Below, piece by piece: positions 58,100-64,000 of a stretch of 64,000 nt of DNA. The stretch comes from an uncultured Myxococcales bacterium (lineage in GTDB: Bacteria > Myxococcota_A > Bradymonadia > UBA7976 > VGTA01), in NCBI GenBank assembly GCA_937146725.1, contig CAKZRU010000156.1, forward strand, positions 19,295-83,294, read 5' to 3'. The position numbers and the translations under genes were made by a program. How positions within the stretch are numbered: position 1 is the first letter of the stretch; every line of letters begins with the position of its first letter. A model generated the notes under the pieces. The model did no database searches. It was not told the origin of the DNA and saw nothing but the letters and a program-made list of their open reading frames with translations.

Positions 58100-61000
58100 T
58101 TAATAGTAAGTGTTAATAAGTAATTTAAGCTCATTGTTAAGAACTTGCTCTGCATCGTGAAGCCAATGGTAAGCCTTCTTGTAGTCAGAGGGAAGTACTT
58201 CGCTAGATTCAATATAAACCTTCAGACAGACTTCATCTATGGTTTGATTTGCTTTAATAAACCATCCCCTTAATGGAGCTCTTCTAAACTGATTGATGGT
58301 ATCTAGCGTATTTTTCTCACGGACTTTATTGGCTTGTTTGCGCTTAATGCATCTTATTCGTCTAGTTTGAGGAACAACAAGACTTTGTGTACGTTGGGAT
58401 GTGGTAAAAAATAAGCTTTGACTCAAATTAAAAGCAAGTTGCCCATGCCCTAATCGTTTCTTTTTGTTTTCGGTGCTCAGTGCATTTAGGGTGATCACAA
58501 TCGGGTCACGATCTTGCATATGAACTTTACCTACTCCAACTTGGCTAAAATCAATACTTAGGTCAGGAAAGGTCTTTTGAAGAATAGTTGATAACTGAGA
58601 CTGAGTTTGGCTATGTTTGGTCAGCCTTTCTCTTATTTGAGCTGCTTTTTGGCCAAAGATCTCGAATTGAATGAGTTCTGTTTGGTCTACATTTTGAGTT
58701 TGACTTATCAGCCTTATGATCTCGCCTACTGAATCAATCGCTGTCGGCGGTATCGTCTGTAAATGTAGCTCAGAAGCACGTGGGGGGAAGTTATCTAAAG
58801 TCGCTTTAGTATCAATAAGTAAGCTCTGTGCACCATGATTAGCCTGTGGAAGAACACTGGGATCATAATGAGCTAAAGTAGGATCGAAATAGCGCTTTAA
58901 GCTTGGGCTATACACCGCTGCATGATCAAAAGAACTGAGTGAGGCAAGACCTTTGGTATTCATCTTGCCGGCCGAACGCGTTCGAATCATCGCAAAATCT
59001 AGCTGAATCCCCAAGGTTTTAGCGAGCGCAATCATCAAGGTGGCTCGATCTTTACAATCGCCTAACCCTCTGGTTAGGGTAATATCAGGCAGGGCTGGCT
59101 CATAACTGTGTCGTCCAAACTCAAGACCTACATAACGAGTGTTTTTGGTAATTTGTAGAAAGAGCTGCTCTATAATTTCTTTTTCATACCGTTGTCGATC
59201 TTCTAAACTCTGATCCCATGGCTTAATCTTTTTAGTCCATGTTTGAGCGGTATGAATCAGTAGATCGGTGGGTTTAAGTATTGGCTCAAGCATCGCTTTA
59301 TAAAGTGTTGCAATCGTTGACCAACTTTTGAGGTTACTCAGATGTATATATGGGAAAATACTTGTTCCTTGTAAACTCCCCTCCTCTTGAACCAATGGGG
59401 GCATCTGACTCAGCGAGGCAACTTTTTTATAGTTTGTTTCATCGCTCATGTCACAGCTTTGCTCAAATCTTTTTACCTGAAGACGATCTTTAAGAGCCTT
59501 AAGATCAATCTCTGCATGAAACTTTTTCTCGAGATCCGAGCTCATTGTCACCAACATACATCTTTTAAAACTACGATCTTGCAAGCTGAATAAGTCGGCA
59601 TGAGGTAAGCTAAAGCTAGGGTCGCTATTTAATTCAGTAATACTCCACTGTATGTCAATGATATCGCCAGCACGTAAGTCAGCAAACTGAATATCTTCAG
59701 CGATTAAATCATAATATAGACGAGCTTCAGGATTTGATAATGAGCGCTGTGAGCGCTGAGCTTTAGTGATGTCTTGGAATAGGTTATCCTTGCTGCTAAC
59801 CGAGCCTCGAAGATGCTTGATATGGTCAAGAGAAAAGCTTTGTCTACTTGGACTATGCGCTAAACTCATTTTAATTAAAGTTTGAGCTGCATGCGCTGTA
59901 AGTGGCTTTAAGATCCTTCTTTCTATTTTACGCAAACGTCCCTGATCTAAATCATAATGAGCATGATGATAAATCGTTTCTAACTGAACTGAATCCTGTT
60001 TGAGTTTTAGGGCTAATTCGGACTCTTTTGTAGGTGTAGACCAAGGCTCTTGTTTACCCAACAGAGGAGAATGATTGATTTGAGATGGGTTTAAAGCCAC
60101 TTTGTTCTTTTTTGAGCTGAAATAAGGAAAACGATGACTCATTTCTTGTTCAAGCAAGTGCTGTTTTTGAAATTGCGCTTCAGCTAAGAATAAAGTTCTT
60201 AATTGATCAGCAAGCACTAAGCCCATAGGCCCTTGATTAATCGCTTGTAAACCTTGGAGCCATAAAGGGTCTTTGGGAGATGTAAATAACAAATACTCAG
60301 AGATGATTTGGATGAGTGCTGGAGCTAAGTTTGTCTTACTCTTTAGAATTGAACTTAACCAAGAGTGAAATAAATCCGAGGATAGAAATTCTCTTTTTTC
60401 AGACTGCGAAACACTGCCAAGTGCTTGTATATACTCTAAAGCAAGCGCGCTTTGCTCTAGCTCACCGGGAAGCTGAGTAAAGAGCTGACGAATGCCTAAA
60501 GGTTTCAGTCGATATAATGCGCTTACACTTAAACCTAAATGACGATCTAAAGTATTCTTAGCAAATATGATTCTTTGCTTAAGCCAAGAAAGTGTCTGTA
60601 ATGATATTTGGCTCTCAATTAAATCAAGAAGCTTTCTTGCCTTATAAATCCGTCCATTGATCAAATGCTCATAAAACTCATCAAGCAGCAGAATATAGTA
60701 ATGAGTCAGCTTAGTAGGGATGAAAGACTTTTTGGTCTTCTTGAGCTGGGTTTCTAGCGCTTTTTTGGGAGGATAATCACCCCAAGCCTGGGCTTTAATT
60801 TCAGGTGGACTTAAGGCTTGAAAGGCTTGACTTAACCATAGGTTTGCTTCTTTTGACCATCTTTGATCGGTTTCGATAATAGGCAAGATTCGGTCGGCTT
60901 CATCGATTTGAGCGATCTCGGCGATAAAAGCTAGGGTCAGTAAAGCATCTTCGGTCACACTTGCCGGTTTTTGATCTAAGGTATGTTTTAATCTTTCCCA

Positions 61001-61774
61001 CAGAGTTAGGGAATACACCCGTTTACCTAGGCGCAGTAAAAAACAACTGTTTTGCTCAAGGTTAACTCTTAAGTTTACCGGATCTTGATGTGCGTCTATG
61101 GTGAAAAAGTGATCATCGATCCATAGGTGATTACTTGGCGTTAAACTATGCTTTTGCTTACCGATTTGTACCGTGATTAAACCTCGATAGCTCATGCTCA
61201 AAGTTTGGGCTTGAGTTGAGGGAGCAAGCGTCCACTCTAATGCATGGCGCTTTGGTTCTGCAAACATGGCCGAACAGTACATTCCTAGATCAGAAGCATG
61301 ATCAATTTTGATCGGTTCTGTAGAGCTTGAAGAGTCTAGGTCTACAATTCTTGGCTTGGTGAGTGGCTGTAAATACTTTTTCAGAGACAAGCTATGCTTA
61401 AGATTTTGCTGTTCCAATGCATGTTTAAAAAGTAACCAATGGTGCACTGCTTGAGAAGAAGCAAGCGCTGATTGTGGATAAACTCTGTTTCGTTGAGTTT
61501 CTTTTGTATGTTTCTTAATCTGTTTGTAACAGCGACTTAAGTCAGTATTAGGATAAGCCTTTTGAAGCATCATCAACGACTTGATTCCTCGCCAATTCGC
61601 ACTTGAGCAATCATTGAGGAGTTGGGTTAAAAAAGGGTCTTGCTGTTTAGATTGCGCAGAGCTTTGAGTTGTGTTGATAGCGATCAAAGATAAGCTAAAA
61701 TACAGAGATAAAAGGAGCTTTCTATAAAGCCATAGTGGAACTCTACACATTCGTAAAGCTTTGATATTTACCAT
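58100..61774 (-). CDS. Large secreted protein with C-terminal-half transglutaminase-like cysteine-protease core
   Basis: ATG at 61774 (ATGGTAA overlap with the upstream gene's stop; the track start at 61789 is TTG). Signal-like MVNIKALRMCRVPLWLYRKLLLSLYFSLSLIAINTTQSSAQ. Motifs GLGDCKDRATLMIALAKTLGIQ (Cys), FDHAAVY (His) and RYFDPT (Asp) match the transglutaminase-like Cys-His-Asp arrangement. Confidence 0.65.
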   Translation of the reverse strand: MVNIKALRMCRVPLWLYRKLLLSLYFSLSLIAINTTQSSAQSKQQDPFLTQLLNDCSSANWRGIKSLMMLQKAYPNTDLSRCYKQIKKHTKETQRNRVYPQSALASSQAVHHWLLFKHALEQQNLKHSLSLKKYLQPLTKPRIVDLDSSSSTEPIKIDHASDLGMYCSAMFAEPKRHALEWTLAPSTQAQTLSMSYRGLITVQIGKQKHSLTPSNHLWIDDHFFTIDAHQDPVNLRVNLEQNSCFLLRLGKRVYSLTLWERLKHTLDQKPASVTEDALLTLAFIAEIAQIDEADRILPIIETDQRWSKEANLWLSQAFQALSPPEIKAQAWGDYPPKKALETQLKKTKKSFIPTKLTHYYILLLDEFYEHLINGRIYKARKLLDLIESQISLQTLSWLKQRIIFAKNTLDRHLGLSVSALYRLKPLGIRQLFTQLPGELEQSALALEYIQALGSVSQSEKREFLSSDLFHSWLSSILKSKTNLAPALIQIISEYLLFTSPKDPLWLQGLQAINQGPMGLVLADQLRTLFLAEAQFQKQHLLEQEMSHRFPYFSSKKNKVALNPSQINHSPLLGKQEPWSTPTKESELALKLKQDSVQLETIYHHAHYDLDQGRLRKIERRILKPLTAHAAQTLIKMSLAHSPSRQSFSLDHIKHLRGSVSSKDNLFQDITKAQRSQRSLSNPEARLYYDLIAEDIQFADLRAGDIIDIQWSITELNSDPSFSLPHADLFSLQDRSFKRCMLVTMSSDLEKKFHAEIDLKALKDRLQVKRFEQSCDMSDETNYKKVASLSQMPPLVQEEGSLQGTSIFPYIHLSNLKSWSTIATLYKAMLEPILKPTDLLIHTAQTWTKKIKPWDQSLEDRQRYEKEIIEQLFLQITKNTRYVGLEFGRHSYEPALPDITLTRGLGDCKDRATLMIALAKTLGIQLDFAMIRTRSAGKMNTKGLASLSSFDHAAVYSPSLKRYFDPTLAHYDPSVLPQANHGAQSLLIDTKATLDNFPPRASELHLQTIPPTAIDSVGEIIRLISQTQNVDQTELIQFEIFGQKAAQIRERLTKHSQTQSQLSTILQKTFPDLSIDFSQVGVGKVHMQDRDPIVITLNALSTENKKKRLGHGQLAFNLSQSLFFTTSQRTQSLVVPQTRRIRCIKRKQANKVREKNTLDTINQFRRAPLRGWFIKANQTIDEVCLKVYIESSEVLPSDYKKAYHWLHDAEQVLNNELKLLINTYY

Positions 61775-62643
61775 GCCCAAATCAGCCAAGCTGATCCAAG
61801 TCCCAAACTAATCCCACTCGAAAGATAAATCAAATCTTGTCCCTGCTTACCCATGGGGTTTGGAACTCCACTCAGATGCAGAATAGCACCAGTACTTAAA
61901 CCAATCAATCCAACGCCAGCTAACAGATATCCAGGTATTTTAGGAACATTTGTTTTGCTCTGATAGCTTTTCGTCTTTACTCCTTGTTGATCGAGCACAA
62001 GCCCAACCGGATTGTCTAAAAGTGGACGAGGTGGCATATAATCTTTTTCGGTAAAGTCCAAAGGATTGGCCAAGGGGATGTTAATCAGCTGCTTTTCGAT
62101 CGGCCCATTCGCCTTTTTTTGGAACTCCAACGAAACTAAACCTTTAGGTAATAATTGTCCGTTCTTTAGCGGACCTTTAAAGTATAAAGGGTGCAGTACC
62201 CGAATATGTTGAACCTCTCCAATCATTTGGAAAGGTGCGGTGAGTTGTTGGACTTGGGATTCACAAACACTTGCTTTAATAATCTGAGTCAGATCTTTAG
62301 ACTGAGTACACTGAACATAGTGAAAAGCTGCTCTTGAGCGATAATCAAGCGAGAATTCAGGACGGGGCTCAGTTCTCATCTTCTTAATGTATAGCTGGCC
62401 AATCCTTGAGTGTAATTTACCAAGCTCAGCATCGTTTGAATCGTCTCGTTTACGTAGGTGTACTTGCAACGCTGTTTCATAAGTATCAATCGCAAAGTCT
62501 AAGTCGCCTTTTGCAAGAGCTTCTTCAGCTTGTATAACAAGAGCTTCATGTGGACTTTGAGCAAGACTATAACCCGAGTTGCCGATGATTAAAGCTATAA
62601 TAAATATGGAGAAACTTATATATTTAGGACCAAATACCGACAT
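61768..62643 (-). CDS. Hypothetical membrane-anchored protein (signal peptide, TPR-like N-terminus, C-terminal TM helices)
   Basis: ATG at 62643. MSVFGPKYISFSIFIIALIIGNSGYSLAQ. C-terminal hydrophobic LLAGVGLIGLSTGAILHL...LGLGSAWLIWAW. Its stop overlaps the start of the next gene. Confidence 0.5.
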   Translation of the reverse strand: MSVFGPKYISFSIFIIALIIGNSGYSLAQSPHEALVIQAEEALAKGDLDFAIDTYETALQVHLRKRDDSNDAELGKLHSRIGQLYIKKMRTEPRPEFSLDYRSRAAFHYVQCTQSKDLTQIIKASVCESQVQQLTAPFQMIGEVQHIRVLHPLYFKGPLKNGQLLPKGLVSLEFQKKANGPIEKQLINIPLANPLDFTEKDYMPPRPLLDNPVGLVLDQQGVKTKSYQSKTNVPKIPGYLLAGVGLIGLSTGAILHLSGVPNPMGKQGQDLIYLSSGISLGLGSAWLIWAW

Positions 62644-62736
62644 AATCAGTACTCCTCAATTCACAGGTTCACTCTCAACAGCGATCGCTCTTAAGTTATA
62701 TATGGACGATCACTATAAGCGTATTTGGATTCGCTT

Positions 62737-62780
62737 GTCACTGATTTAGAGTCACTGATTTAGAGTCACTGATTTAGATT
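62737..62780. repeat. Intergenic tandem repeat, three copies of ~15 bp (gtcactgatttagag)
   Basis: Direct reading. Upstream of the 61768..62643 gene. Confidence 0.85.
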
Positions 62781-62841
62781 CTACGCTCATTCATAAAGAC
62801 TCGAACCCTAGAGAAATAATAAACTCAGTAGCATTTTAGGC

Positions 62842-64000
62842 TTATTGTGAAATACTGTCGAGTAACATATTGATTTCTAAATAGAATTCATCAGAGGGTT
62901 TCAGGCGTCTCTTCGCTGCACTGAGTCGACGTTTAGCCTCGGTGACTCTTTGATTTCTGAGAAGATTTTCAACTTGGAGTTTGAGAAGCCTATACTGACT
63001 TTTGGTTAAGGGTTTATTGGAATTGCGTTCCTGAGTTTTAGAGGAAAGACTCTTTTTTCTTGAACTGCGAACTTTACGTTTAGTTTTAGCTTTATACTTA
63101 GTTTTAGCTTTAGCTTTAGCTTTAGCTTTAGCTTTAGCTTTAGTTTTTGTTTTGTAAGATGGTGTATGATCTGTTTGAGTGTTTGATGCAGATAATGATT
63201 TATCACTCATCTTCAGCTCTACAATCCCCGGTGTACTTTTATTAGATTCAACCTGCTTATTCAATGGCTGATCATTGGATTTTGGTTCTATTCCTGTCAA
63301 CCTTGGCTGAGCAAAGGTCGTTTCTTGTTGAGAAGGAACTTTAAGGCTTGGATTGTTATTAACTAAGCCACTTTTAACTTGAGTATTGTTTTTAATTAGG
63401 GAATTTGAACGAATAGACTGTCTAGATTGTTTACTTGCGTTTTGATTTTTTACAGCGACTGGACGATTTCCCATCACAATTCGTCTAGGCGCTTTGTTTT
63501 CTTCGACATTTCCAAGCAGAGCCGAGAATATCCCGATAACAATGGCAATGAGAACAACCCCGATCCAAAAAATCTTTGTATTATCATTGCTGGCGTAGTT
63601 TGGAATCTCTGCGACTACTTGATCTTGATTTGAGGCATATGGTGGTGTGTACGCATGTGCATAAGCTGTAACAGGACGATCATTAATTTCAGTATGGATA
63701 TCCCTTTGGTCCTCACTGATGCTTAAGTCATCTACATCAATGGCCTCGTCCATTGTTCCATCAAGATGAACAGTACTGCCTTGACCAACTTCCTGATAAA
63801 TCATCTCCCGACTTTCACCAGAACTATGTCTTTGTAAGGAAACCGGAGGTGGAATTAATGAACCCGCTGGGCTTGGAGTTAAATGCGGATGGGGGCTCAG
63901 TGTTGAACTAGGCCGACCGGATTGAATAGAGTGTGCTTGATATGAGTCGGACGTATGATCAGAACTTGCCAATGGGGTAGAACGAACATGATCAACTAGA
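62842..64000 (-). CDS. Single-pass membrane protein with Pro/Ser-rich N-terminal region and (KA)n-rich extracytoplasmic region; 5' end beyond window
   Basis: The reading frame stays open from 63972 to the window edge. The first in-window 'start' is TTG. TM helix IFWIGVVLIAIVIGIFSALLG. KTKAKAKAKAKAKAKAKTKYKAKTKRK. Confidence 0.5.
   Translation of the reverse strand, partial: LVDHVRSTPLASSDHTSDSYQAHSIQSGRPSSTLSPHPHLTPSPAGSLIPPPVSLQRHSSGESREMIYQEVGQGSTVHLDGTMDEAIDVDDLSISEDQRDIHTEINDRPVTAYAHAYTPPYASNQDQVVAEIPNYASNDNTKIFWIGVVLIAIVIGIFSALLGNVEENKAPRRIVMGNRPVAVKNQNASKQSRQSIRSNSLIKNNTQVKSGLVNNNPSLKVPSQQETTFAQPRLTGIEPKSNDQPLNKQVESNKSTPGIVELKMSDKSLSASNTQTDHTPSYKTKTKAKAKAKAKAKAKTKYKAKTKRKVRSSRKKSLSSKTQERNSNKPLTKSQYRLLKLQVENLLRNQRVTEAKRRLSAAKRRLKPSDEFYLEINMLLDSISQ
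63103..63148. repeat. About 7 tandem copies of a hexanucleotide (agcttt) encoding (KA)n on the minus strand
   Basis: Direct reading. Confidence 0.9.

Noticed and set aside
40486-61789. N-terminal extensions in the ORF track (mdh to 41574, galU to 40486, 22093, 29092, 42515, 54821, 61789, 35412)
   Set aside because: These tracks begin at TTG/GTG translated as M. Conserved protein N-termini, RBS positions and signal peptides support downstream ATG starts, which I used instead.
1-64000. tRNA, rRNA, tmRNA, RNase P and SRP RNA genes in intergenic spacers
   Set aside because: None of the spacers longer than 120 bp shows cloverleaf-compatible GC-rich stems or the conserved motifs of these RNAs. 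All are AT-rich promoter-like DNA. A covariance-model scan would be needed for certainty.

Overview
This is a 64-kb chromosomal segment from a moderately AT-rich Gram-negative (diderm) bacterium; I did not compute GC. Several proteins carry lipobox signal peptides and there are outer-membrane-type barrel candidates. The gene repertoire (Hanks Ser/Thr kinase, a ~4,000-aa TPR protein, an RCC1 beta-propeller lipoprotein, many low-complexity secreted proteins) resembles Bdellovibrionota/Myxococcota-like lineages. That taxonomic guess is inference only.

Layout. From 0 to 44 kb is an accessory, surface-oriented region. It holds a Ser/Thr kinase, a LysM + LAS/M15-type peptidase and several lipoproteins. 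It also holds a Gfo/Idh/MocA oxidoreductase and an 11.97-kb single ORF for a giant TPR protein. Downstream of the TPR gene come an SspB-like acidic-tail protein, a DUF507-like protein and a GT1 glycosyltransferase. Then follow a CsgG/LpoB-like secreted protein, an RCC1 lipoprotein, an SIS sugar isomerase, a BCCT transporter, pirin and an EEP-family nuclease/phosphatase. A Lys-rich histone-like protein is transcribed divergently from a small parA/parB-like pair. After these come an orphan dnaK, galU, mdh and an OmpR/histidine-kinase pair.

From 44.3 to 52.1 kb is a conserved minus-strand housekeeping array: nusB-ribH-ribB(X)-ribE-ribD-rpiB-fabF-acpP-plsX-rpmF. From 52 to 64 kb are a Big/thioredoxin/PPC lipoprotein, thrB-thrC, an AGEM-repeat lipoprotein, a ~1,220-aa transglutaminase-like protein and two membrane proteins. 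The last gene runs off the window edge.

I saw no rRNA, tRNA, CRISPR array, transposase or integrase.

The most unusual signal is the abundance of perfect, in-frame tandem nucleotide repeats with 6-18-bp units. They sit inside unrelated genes: three paralogous lipoproteins, the giant TPR protein, riboflavin synthase, and a (KA)n membrane protein. Similar tandem repeats occur in three intergenic regions.

Candidate novel modules are: (i) the repeat-linker lipoprotein family, (ii) the giant-TPR/SspB-like/DUF507/GT cluster, (iii) the Lys-rich/parA/parB-like cassette with a perfect 14-bp palindrome.

The ORF track uses TTG/GTG as 'M'. I moved several starts to the first plausible ATG with an RBS or signal peptide.
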